Shown piece by piece: positions 10,801-22,800 of a stretch of 64,000 nucleotides of DNA. This stretch comes from Vicugna vicugna (lineage: Eukaryota): positions 3,995,668 to 4,059,667 of the forward strand of contig MU057887.1 in the NCBI GenBank assembly GCA_013265495.1, read 5' to 3'. Under the pieces are notes generated by a model. That model was not told the origin of the DNA, did not search any database, and saw nothing but the letters and a program-made list of their open reading frames with translations. Position numbers and translations under genes: made by a program. Each line of letters begins with the position of its first letter. Within the stretch, counting starts at the first letter, position 1.

Positions 10801-13800
10801 AGTTGTGGGGCTCGGGCCTGTCTGAGCGCACGTCCCCTTCCTGCTTGTTCTCATCTCCTCTGGTTTTCAGTCCCGACTGGACTCAGTTCTCCTGTAATTT
10901 TGAAGACTCCATAGGTGTCTTCCAGCTCCTAGTTCCAGCCCCGTGGCTGACCAGTCTCACGTAGCTTTCCTCGGGCATTTAGGGCCTTGTCTTACCCTGT
11001 TGTTCTGGGATCTCCTGGCAGTGTGACATGTTCCCTGGGTCAGGACAGGGGCCTCTCAGAAACAGCACCCACAACCCAGGAGAGTTTTTTGGTCAAAGAG
11101 TTTGGGAGAAATTAGTATAAATAAGTACAAAACTAAGCAAACGAAACGGGGAGGAGGGGCTGGAAGTCTTACTGCACCAGCGCCTCCACCTGCCTCGTGC
11201 CCATGGTCTCAGCCAGGCCCCTTGGGAGCTGTGTGTCTGGCTCCCCTCACCCCGCCCGAGGCAAGAGACTTGCAGGCGCACCCAGCCTTCCTCCCACCAC
11301 CACTCCCTGCCTTCCGAGTTCATCTCCGCCTCAGACAATGCAGAGAGGAAGAAGGCAGACCTGTGTGTTCCGTCAGCCACAAGGAGCCAAACGTCTGCTC
11401 CCTGTGCGCACTGTACGCCCTGTCAGAGCAGCTCCTGGTGGTGAGATACCGAGGCAGGTCTCAGTCCCTCCAGCTGGGTGCAGCCTTCGCTAGATAACAG
11501 CAGTACCTGGTGGCTCAGCGGGCCACACGCGGGCACACGTGAGTGCACGTGCCCGACGTGTGCCCACGTGTGTGCCCACATGTATGTGCCCACGTGTGCG
11601 TGCATGCGCACACGTGCTCAGGAGACAGGGTGGGGCCTTTCTGTGTGCTCTGGAAAAGCTTCCCACGCTTTTCTCTGGAGCTTGCATCTCCCTGTTGTCC
11701 TGTTGTTTGGAGCCTGGTGGACACCTCCCCGCCCATGTCCTGGGGGCCCTATTTGGCCTTCCGTGTGCACTCTGAGAAGGCTCTCCGGCCTCTGCCCCTG
11801 GCGGCTGTGCCCTCTGCCCTGCCGGTCACCGCGGTGCATGTCCATGGTGCAGAGCTGCCCCGTCCAATCCTTGTAACAATCCTGTGAGGTGGGCGCTGGC
11901 CACACCTCTGTCTGGGCCTGTGTGTGAAGTTGGCAGGTCCCTCACACCTGGCTGCCCACTCGGCACTGTTTCTCTGAGCTCCAGGAGGCACTTTCTTCTC
12001 TGGGCTGAGGAGGAACACCTGTTTCCTCCCCGCCACATGCGGTCAACTGCCCCACTCCACCAGCTGTTTCCTCTAGAGTCTCGCAAACCCAGGCCCCCCA
12101 GCTGGTCCGCAGTGACCACCATCATTTGTGCTCGTGCTGGGGTCCGTGTTGGTGGCTCATTGAGGCGACCTTCATCTAGGGCTCACTGTGCTGGGCGCTG
12201 GGGGTGTACTCGAACCTCCACGTTCAGATGCGGACGCCCAGACACACAGAGGGCAGGTCATGTGCCCAAGGCTGCACAGCGTGTCCCTGTCGTGCTGGTC
12301 TGCCCTGCAGGACGCTCTCCCAGGTTCCTGCCTGCTCGGCGCTGGGTGCGCTCGCCTGTGCCCCCAGATGTGCTGCATGTGGCAGCAGGCATTGTCACTG
12401 CTGCGCTGTGGGGCTCTGTCAGGGGCCATACAGGGAGCACAGTGGTACAGGGTTACATGTAACGGGATGAGGGTTACTTAGTATCTGGTCATTTTTATCA
12501 AATGAATCATAAATGATTTACATATATTGGTGTTTCTTTTTTTTCTTTTTTTGGTGGGGGGAGGTAATTAGATTTACTTATTTATTTATTCTTAGAGGAA
12601 TTACGGGGGCTTGAACCCAGGACCTCATGCATACTAGGCATGCGCTCTACCACTTGAGCTATATCCTCCCCCCCATATTGGTGTTTCTTAGCAATAACTT
12701 GCCTGCAAAACACCTCAGAACTGGGGCTGCCTTGTAAGCTGCTGATGTGGCATCTCATCAGTGTGGGAACAAGCCGGGTCTGTGCTTGGTGCTGTCAGTG
12801 CAGGAGGGGCGTGGAGGAGGGAGGACAGAGGACCAGAGAGAGGAGACCCTGGAAGATGAGGAAAGGTCCTGGAGAGGGTGGGGAGAGGGCCAGTACCTAT
12901 AGGGTGTCAGAGGTCAGGGTGTGAGGAGCCTGGAACAGGTATGATGTGAAAGCTGTCGAGCTCCGGTTAGTCAGAAATGCCAGTTTGTCACAGAATAAGC
13001 ATTTTCAGTGTGCTCCAAGAATATCTGTGTTCTTGCCCGTGGACCTGCTTCCTAAGAGGCAGATTATTTCAGTAGCTTCCTGACAGTTGGAGAAGTCTAA
13101 TTTCACCTCCAGTTGCTTGCCCTGTGCCCCTCTAGGTACCCAAACATGGCCTGCGAGCTGCTGACGTGCGACGTGCCACAGATCAATGACCGGCTGGGAG
13201 GGGATGAGGCTTTGCTGAACCTTCTTTACAGCTTCTTGGACCGCGAGCCGCCCCTCAATCCTCTGCTCGCCAGTTTTTTCAGCAAGACCATTGGCAATCT
13301 AATTGCAAGAAAAACTGAACAGGTGATCGTCTGCCAAGTCCACGTGGTTGGGAGGGCTGGCGTGGATGGTGCTGACACGTCTTGGCGACAGCCGTCGCTC
13401 TGTGACCCCTATCATTAGGCTGCGGGGCGCAGAGATCTGACTCTCCTGCGGGACACACGTGGAGCAGGCTGGGCTACTGCTCTGTGAATTAGAATTTGGT
13501 TGAGAAAGCGGCTTCCCAAGAGACAGTTCTGCTGACTGGCTCTGGAGTAAGCAGCGCTCCTGCCATCCCCGGGAGCTGCGCAGGGCCCCAGACCAGGGCA
13601 GCTTGTGCAGTTGCCGACCCGTCACAGACACACATCATGCCAGGACCTCAGATGCCTCTGCTGCTTCTGTGTGGGTGGCAGGTGTCTGTGTGTCTAGGCC
13701 ACTTACTGTTTCAAAGCAAATAAAAGGAAACTTGCAGCAGTAGGTTTCTGTAGAGTAGTGTGAATCCAGCTGGAGCACGGTCTTCCTGGAGGCCTCACAT

Positions 13801-16800
13801 CGCCCTGAGCACTGCGCTGAGAAGGCCGTCCTTCCTCGGCTGCTTTGCGGTGTCCCTCATGCCGCAGATGGGCAGTTTGACCTGTGTGTGTCCGTTTCTG
13901 TTCTGCTGTCCTGTTTGTGCTCACCAGCGTGGCTTAACCGCTGTAGCTTTATGAGTTTTGACATTTGGCAGAGTTAGGCTTCTCACTTTGTTTTTCTTTA
14001 AGATTGGTTTTTACTGTTCCTTGCCTTTGGCATTATTTTAGAAAGAGTGTGTCTCCTCTGCCCCTCAGAAAGCCTGTGGAAAGTCTGATCAGGCTTCGTC
14101 GTCGATAGACTGGGGCTGACAGATTGTGGCCCACAGGCCAAAGCTGTCCTGCCACTTGTTTTTGTAAATGAAATTTTACTGAAGCTCAGTTGCTCCCATT
14201 TGTTTACACATTGTCTGTGGCTGGTTTTGTCCTATAGCAGAAGCTGAGTAGTTAGGGCCTCTTTAATTTCTCTCAGTGACGTAGTTCTCTGGGTAGTGGT
14301 CTTCCATGATTTTCATCGTATTTATTCTTAAGTAGTTGATGTGTTCCTGTTACTCTAAACAGTATCTTTTTATTGAAAAATTTTAGTGAGATAATTATAG
14401 GTTCACATGTAGTTGTATGAAATAACACAAAAATATCTTTTGACACCCTGCCCAGTTTCCTTCAACAGTGACATTTCATAAAACACTAGTAAAATATCAC
14501 AACCATGGTACTGACGTTGGTACAACCCACAGATCCTACTGAGATTTTTCCAGTTTCTCTTGTTGTCATTTGCGTGTGTGAGTATGAAGTTCAGTACAGT
14601 TTATTGGGTGTGTGGGTTGGTGTCTCCACCTTCACGGGTAAGATGCTGGACAGCTCCAAAGCCACAAGGGTTCCTTGTGTTGCCCTTCTGTAACTACTCC
14701 CACCTTCTCCCCGCCTCTGTCCCTTCACGCACCCCTAACCCCTGGCAACCACTAATCTGTTTCCATTTCTAAAATTTTGTTATTTCAAAGTGCTAGTTAA
14801 ATTAAATCTTGTAATATGTAGCCTTTGAGGATTAGCTTTTTTTTCCAGCATAATTTGCTGAAGATTCATCCAAGTTGTTGAGTGTATCAGTAGTATGTTT
14901 CCTTTTATTGAAGAGTAGTGTTCCATGAGGTGAGTGGACCACAGTTTGTTCAACCATTCACATATTTGAAGGACAGCTGGGCGGATTCCAGTTTTTGGCA
15001 ATTATCAATAAAGCTTCTGTTCTAATAATTTATATTCCTTTAAAAATTTATGTATGTACACAAGATCATGTCATCTGTGATTAATGACAGCTCTGTTTTA
15101 TCTTTTGCAAACCTTATCATCTCTTTTTCTTGCCTTACTGCATTGACTGGGACTTGCAATGCAGTGTTGCACTGAAGTGGTGGTGGTGGGTCTCTGTGTT
15201 TGATTTACTATCTCTGAGGAAAGACTTCCAGTGTTTTACAATGAAGTATGGTGTTTGTTGTCGAGTTTTTATAGATCTTTTAAAATCAAAGAGTAAGAAA
15301 ATTTTCTTTATTCCTAGTTGTTTTAGTTTATGACAGGAGTGATTGTTGGAATGTGTCAGATGTTTTTACCGTACCTGTTGAGTTCATCATAAGATTTTCC
15401 TTCCCCATTCTGTTAATAGGTAGATTCCACTGATTGGTTTTCTGATGTTAAACCAGCCTCGATTTCCTGCAATACAGCCAGCTTGGTTGTGATGTGTTAC
15501 ACGTTCTTTCATGTTGCTTTTTTTATTTTTAAGAATTTTTCTATCTGTGGTCATCAGTGAGATTGGCTTATAATTTCCCTTTCTCATAATGCCCTTGTTA
15601 GGCTTTTGGAATCAAAGTTTTATGTCCTTATACCATGACACAGGGCTTATTCTCTCACCTGACGTGCCCTGGAAGAGTCTGGTATAAGACTGGGGTGATT
15701 TTCCTTTGAATGTTTGGTAGCCGTCTTCAGTAAGGCCATTCATTAGAACCTGGAGCTTTCTGTATGGGGAGGCTTTTAATTATAAATTTTGTTTCTTTTG
15801 ATGCTTCAGAATTCTTTTCTTCTTGTCAGTTTACATAAGTGTGTTTTTCAAGGGAATTTTTCATGTTTCTAAGTGTACATAAGCTGGCGTACACTTGTTC
15901 CTGGTGACCTCCGGCTGTGGTCGTGCATCTGTAGGTGTGCAGGGTGTCCGAGGGCCTGCTCTGCTGTGCTTTCAGTCGTCCTCTCCAGGCGCCCCGTTGC
16001 TCCTTCCGCACGTCTCTCTCCTCCAGCTTCCTCTTCTTCCCCAGCACTTCTCAGCATGAGAGTGGCCAAGATTCCTTAACTGGGTGGCCCTTCTCAGGGC
16101 CGTTGTCCCTGGTGCAGCCTGAGTGTGCCTCAGCACAGCGGCCTGGACACACAGGCACTTCCTCTCTGGGCCAAGCTGAGCTGACCTTGCAGACAAGTGG
16201 CCACGGGGGACGCTGCCCCAGCAACTCCACTCCACCTGCACCCAGCCCACCACACCCCCGTGGCTTTGTGCTCAGTCATCCACGTCTTGGCCCTGGTCAC
16301 CAGCCGGCCATCCATCTGACCACCTCTGCCTCTTCTTTTCCAAAACCTCAGTCCTTACCCTTCAGCTGCCTGTCAGCTCTCTGGGTTTATGTCCCGTGTC
16401 CGATGGCTGCCGCCCCCGGCTCAGCTCTGTCTGTGCTGGTGGCTTCTGCTGGAAGCACTTGAGCTGCTGCATGTGGACTGGTCGCTGCGCACAGCAGCTT
16501 GCGCTCTGACCCTGCTCTTGCGTGCCTGCGCCTGGCCTCCTGCCGACTCCTCTAGCCGGGGGTCCTCTCATAACCTGCGCCCCCGGCTCCCGGGACTCAC
16601 CTATGTCCGGGCCTCTGCCTGTCCTTGCAGGGCTTTCCTACAACGTCTTCTAGGCCTTCCCATTATTTCTGTCAGTACTGTTGAAAATAAATCTTTCCCA
16701 TGACAGTCCTTGGGGGTAGTAGCCTCTCCTGGTGGTCAGGGTCTCCCCACTCATTTCTCAGGGGGCATCTGATTTCAGGTGATTGTGTTCTTGAAGAAGA

Positions 16801-19800
16801 AGGACAAGTTCATCAGCCTGGTGTTGAAGCATATCGGCACCTCCGCCCTCATGGACCTGCTGCTGCGTCTGGTCAGCTGCGTGGAGCCTGCCGGGCTCCG
16901 ACAGGAGGTCCTGCACGTGAGTGTGTGGCCCTCCCGTGTGTGTGCCGTGTAGGTTCCCTGAGAGTGGGGGTCGGTGCCTGGCACAAGGAGGCCGGAGCCA
17001 GGTGAGGGTCCCTCTGGGCAGGTCACTGGGGCTTCTTGTCAAGGTTTGTATCCGAGGTCTGGCGTCCGCACCTTGCCTCTTGTCCTGCCCGGTCCACTCA
17101 TGAGCCAAGAGCAGCAACGGCTTCCTCGCTTCCACCCCGCGGTGCGCGCCTGGGAGGGGACACTAGCCCATGAGGGTTCCACTCAGAGAAGCTGCAGAGG
17201 CCAGAGTTGGCCTGTTGTTTGTCCTGGAGCGTGTGCCTGTCTGTCCTGACAGTAGTCGCCTCCTGAGGGCTTTCCCTGAGAGAGAGAGGATTCTCAGCCC
17301 AGAGGAGCCCAGGAAGAGTCAGTGTTGGACAAACTCTTCACGTTGTTTGGCAGGTTTTGTTTGTAATGCAATGTAAGATAGGTAAACTGTTGGGCCTTCT
17401 TGCCAGTTTTCTGGCTTCTGGAATCAGGTGGCAGTTGTTATCGAGGTGGCAGTTGTCACTCTTAGGTTCATAGCTCATTTCTCTGTGGACCAGCCTCTGC
17501 TATAATTAATCCTCGTAGCAGATGTGCTGCAAGAGCAGCATGGATGTCAGCGTTGTTGAAGTCGGTGGGAAGCCTACGCTGACCCACGCTGAGCAGGTTG
17601 GGGCAGACCAGCCCATTCTCAGGCGAGGAAGTACGCTGGCGGGGCTGGGTCTGTGCGGCCCAGGTCAGCCCCTGGACAGCATGAAGCTCTGCAGCCTTCA
17701 CGGTGCTCCTCCTGGTCTGGAAAGGGCCCAGACGCCGCAGGGGCGCAGCTGGGCCTCTGTGTTGCGCCGGGTTGTGCACTGAGAGAGCCCCATCAGTGCG
17801 CGGGAGGCTCCAGGCTCCCCTTGTGCTGTCTTGGGAGAGGTCCTGAAAACAGCTGGTTCATGCATGTGTAAGAGTCTGAACCGTCAGGACATGTGGACAG
17901 TGACTCCCTCCTTTGTAACCTTTGAGTCACTCTAGAATTCAGTCACTGCTGGTTCTTCCTGGATCTGGGTGGATGCGCAGGCGGGAGCAAGAGTCTCTGT
18001 CCCCAGAACTTGGTGGTGGACTTCTGCTGCATTGAAGGACTTCCTTTCCGTTCAGTCAGATGTGAGCAGAGTCACCGACAGGCCCTCTTCCCTTCCAGTG
18101 GCTCAATGAGGAGCAGGTCATCCAGAGGCTCGTGGAGCTGGTCCACCCGAGTCAGGACGAAGACGTGAGTGGGGGCTGACGGGGGCGGTGCGCCCTGTAT
18201 TGCTGTCCTCAGATGAGGACCAGTGAGACACCACTCTTCCTTTAGTTGAGCACTGACTTCTAGACTTTTATTTTTACTAAAAAGTAATGCATACATATTA
18301 CAAAAAACAGTTCAGACGGAATTGTGTTAGTTTTCTGTGGCTGAGTCACAGATTACCCCAAAGCTGAGTTGCCTGGAGCAGTAAGCTTTTTATGTTAGTT
18401 TTTATGGCTCAGGGATCGGGCCCTCTGCCCAGGCTTTCACAAGACTGGGCACCCTGGCTGCCCGGGAAGGGCCTGCCCCCAGGGTCACAGTCACTGGGCA
18501 GGACTACGTCCCGTGAGGGCTGCTGGCTAAGGCCGCCCTCAGCTCCACACCCTGGGGCTTTGGCTTCTCGTGGAGCAAGCGCCCCTCATGGAAGTGATGG
18601 CCCTCACTGGCTGCGTTCTGCTCCCGTGAGTGGCTGGTTCCAGCCTGTACTCACCCGCAAGGAGGCAGCTCCGGAGGAAACCCCCTGTGGCAGAAGCATG
18701 CAGGGTGGCTGCGGTGTCACTGTGGAGAGTGTGAGGTATGTCCCGATAGGCCTGTTTCCACAGGTGCCAAAACTGAACACGCCTGCTCTCCTCCGCACTT
18801 TTGAGAACGGGGTGCTGACTCCTGTCTGAGCCTTTGCTGCCGTCAGTCCCGCCGGCCCACAGGGCTGGCCAGGTGGCTGGGGGTCTGTACTCCGGGTGGG
18901 GAGGAGGGTGCACTACAAGCTGACTGGTTCCTTCCCAGCCTGGAGGCCAATTTGGATGCTTTCATTGTTCCCTAAAATAGTCACCAGCACTTCCTTCGGC
19001 CCAGTGTCCCGTGGGGCTGCTTCCTGCTTAGCTGCCCCTGCGAGGAGACAGGGGCTGAGTTTCTCCCTAAGTTGTATTCATCTGCCCCACAGAATAACCC
19101 CCACACTGTTGGCAAATGCTTGGAATCAGAGATTCTAAGTTTTCATGGGGTTAATGCGTCCCTAGAAAAATCTTCTGTTTTCTCTGTAGCAACTCTCATG
19201 TCATTAGCTCACAGGACTCATTCTGGATATTAGAGCTACTTGTCAGTTTAAAGACAACCTCAGTAACGTGGGCAGACACGTAGTGTAGCTCAGAAATGTG
19301 TCTGAGGGACAGAGCAGTATCTGGCATGTTTGACCGTTGAGGCCCCCTTTGAACTCTGGGGGACAGAGCAGTGGCTAAAACGTGTGGCCAGATCTGCACC
19401 CTGACAGTGAAAGGCTGACCAGGTGTCTCTGAAATGAAGCAGCCTGGAGCGAGTCCAGCATCTCAGGGGACTGAGCCGTGGGAATCGCTCTGACTGTGCA
19501 GCCTTGGCTGTGTGGACGCTTGTCCGTGGCCCTGAGGGGAGCTGTGTGTCTCCCTGTCTTTTCAGAGGCAGTCCAATGCTTCCCAGACGCTCTGTGACAT
19601 CATCAGGCTGGGCAGAGAGCAGGGCAGCCAGCTGCACGAGGCTCCAGAGCCAGACCCCCTCCTCACAGCACTGGAGTCGTGAGTGCTGGGCGCGTGCTGG
19701 CGGGCCTGTGGGGGACGGCCTCCACGCCTGCTCCAGGCTCCCACAGGCACTGCCGCCTTCGCTGGTTGTTTGTAATGAGCTGGCTGTGAAGGGCTTGTCC

Positions 19801-22800
19801 TCATCCAGTCACCTGGATGGGCCCCTTCTCACAGGAGGGGTCTCTGGGGGCCTCCTAGCAGGTGCGGAGAGTGCAGGCCAGCCAGGGCAGGGGCGTCCTG
19901 AGAGCCTGGGTACCTGGGCCGAGCCCTGAGCAGAACCCCTCTGGGGTGCAAGGCGTTGCCCCGCCATGGGTAGGCCCTGCCCTTTCCAACCTGGTCTGTG
20001 CGTCTGCACCAGGAGGTGGTGACCCCATGTGTCCGACAGGCAGGACTGCGTGGAGCAGCTGCTGAAGAACATGTTCGATGGAGACCACACGGAGCTCTGC
20101 CTTGTCAGCGGGACGCAGGTGCTGCTCGCCTTGCTGGAGACCCGGCGGGCCGGGTGAGTCTCCCGAGAGGGAGTATGCCACCCGGAGCAGGAGTGACACT
20201 TAAGGGACCTGGGGCCCAGAGGGGCGGTCCGTCTGGGCATGCCCTGTCTTCTGATCACTTCCTGATTTTTCAAGTGATCACACAGATGGACTCTCCTTGT
20301 TGGAAAGTTGAACTTCACGGCTATGGCCGTGTTCCCTTTGACCTTCACGGTCAACCTGGTTCCCACCTCAGCCCAAAGGCACCGCTGTCGCCAGTTTGGA
20401 AAGCGTTTGGACTTGTCTGTGGAGCACACACGGTCAGCTGGCTTCCCCAAGGACTGTCCCAATGAGTCAGCACCCACAGCACCCTTGTAGGCTGTGCGTG
20501 TGTGGTGTGGAGGGTGTGTGGCGTGTGCGCTGTCTGCTCTGTTCGCTGTGCTGTGTCACCACCCAGCACGCTCCCCGGGCGGCTGCAGTCCCCGTGTCCA
20601 TGTCTGGGGGAACTTCACTGTGGCCCCCAGTGCTCACAGCCTGCATTTTTTTTAAAAGAAAGAAAAAAAAACAAACGACGGGAAATTGAGTCGGTCTCAG
20701 TGGTGACATGATTAGCAGTCTCTCTCTCTCTGGTGCCCAGTTCATATTTATTAGTTTATTACCTAAAAATGGACTTCTGAGGTTAGTGTCGTTTCCCCAT
20801 CAGATGCCAGGATACTGCTTTTCATCTCCACGAGCCCAGGGTGCCTGGCCCCTCCCCAGGGCCCTGCCCAGCCTGGGACAGCATGAAAATGAGGAAACAG
20901 AGAGGAGCCAGCTGATTTTCTTTGCTTTTTAAAAATCTTTTTATGTATTTAAACATTTTTTTCTACAATGATTGTGTATTACTTTTATATTTGGCAAAGT
21001 GTTTCAATAAAAATCTCAGAAAAATTAGCTGGATAAAGCCAAGGGAACAATGTGGGCTGGTTCTGTCTCTGTCACTGAGGAGTGGGGAGGCAGGAAGCGG
21101 AACCAGTTCCAGTGAATGTGACGTCCATAGCTGCTGGGCTGGCCCCCGGGCATGGCCCCCATACGATCAGGGGCCTTCCTGGAGACGTGAGTGGACACGT
21201 TTGTGGGCGTCCCCGTGTCTCCACCTGCCTTCTCGTCCACAGGACAGAGGGCTTGGTGGACGCTTGCTCTCAGGGACTGGACAGGCCGTGCACCGTCAGC
21301 AGCGGCATCCTGCATGGCATTGAGCCGCGGCTGAAGGACTTCCACCAGCTTCTGCTCAGCCCGCCAAAGGTAGGTAACTTTGAGCAGAGGCTGGGGCTGT
21401 GGAGACAACGTGGGCTGGGTCACTTGTAATCGGAGGACTCCACACATCATCCAGCCAGGGTGGGTGCACTCAGACGCTGCTGTCCCCAGACCCCAACTGA
21501 GAACCATAGACAGGTGCCAGAGGCATGTTTCAGACCCCATGTGCTGTGTCCATCTCGTCTTAGGTGAGGCCTGGGACTTGGACGTTTTGCTGCCCCCCAG
21601 ATGGCTCCTGCATTCTCAAATGCGGAGTTGTCTGAGGACCCGAGTTCATTGTAGGCCTGGCCTCTGAGCTGGGGACACCTAGCCTAGGCTCAGGGATCCT
21701 GGGGGAGACCCTTTGTTCAGCTGGGCAGCTCTGGGCAGTGAGTGGTGTTGTTGAGGATAACTCACTCCTCCACCACCTCAGTCCCTCTGAGCAGCCTAGG
21801 GTGCCCGCCCCTCTCAGCTGATGGCCCCTTCCCTTCCCTCTAGTGCTTCTCCTTGGCATGCACCACGGTCTGCCGTGCTGTTTATCATGTTTACCAGCTT
21901 GCTTCTGGTCTGCCCCCCACTGGAAAGGAAGCTTCATGAAGGCAGGGATTCTGGAACATTCTGTTAATGAAAAGATGGATGCACTGAGTTGCATGTGCGG
22001 TTCACCCTGTCCTACAGGCCAGCTTTGTCATCAGTCTCCTCTGAGTATGTCAGCTCATTGTCTTGAGACTGTGTCCCAGAGAGTGCTGCCCCATGTTGGT
22101 TGCATCTTGTATGCCGAGGCCACCTCCCTTGGGCTGGCCACCTGAGACCAGGGTGCCCTGGGCTCCCGGGAGCAGAGGTCCAGCCTTGGTCACTCTTTTG
22201 TGAGCCCCGAGGGGAGCGGTGGGGTTTTTAACCCTGCTGCCCCTCATTTCCTCCTGCAGGCAGCGCTGCCTTGAGGACCCCCTCCAGCTGGGCCACGTCA
22301 TGCAGCTGCAGCCCTGGCCCTTTGACACTTGGCACCTGAGCTAAGAGAAGCCCACGGTGGTCACAAGGCTCCAACTGGGCGGGGCTTCTGTGTTTGCAGA
22401 AAAAAGCGATCCTGACCACCATCGGCGTGCTGGAGGAGCCCCTGGGCAGCGCCCGTCTGCACAGCGCCCGCCTCGTGGCTGCACTGCTGCACACAAACAC
22501 GCCCAGCATCAACCAGGAGCTCTGCCGGCTCAACACCATGGGCTTACTGCTGGTGAGCGGCACCGCTGCCCCCGTGCCTGCCCGTGCATCCTCCGTGGGC
22601 TGCAGCGGGGTGGGGGGCAGGCAGCTGGACCTCAGCCCCTGGGCAAGGGGCTGCCTAAAAGGGGACCCTGGTTTGGTCCTGGACCAGGCACAGTCCGTGC
22701 AGAGAGACTGTCTCCTGCCCCCAAGGCTTGACGTGAGAGCCCAGGGCTGATTCCCCCGTTTGAGGGGATGAAGCCCATCTCCTTTCTGATTCCTGCCTTG

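Noticed and set aside
13320..13334. Intron start CAG|GTGATCGTCTGC resembling the next exon start cag|GTGATTGTGTTC (intron gain by duplication)
   Set aside because: The match is short and largely explained by splice-site consensus.
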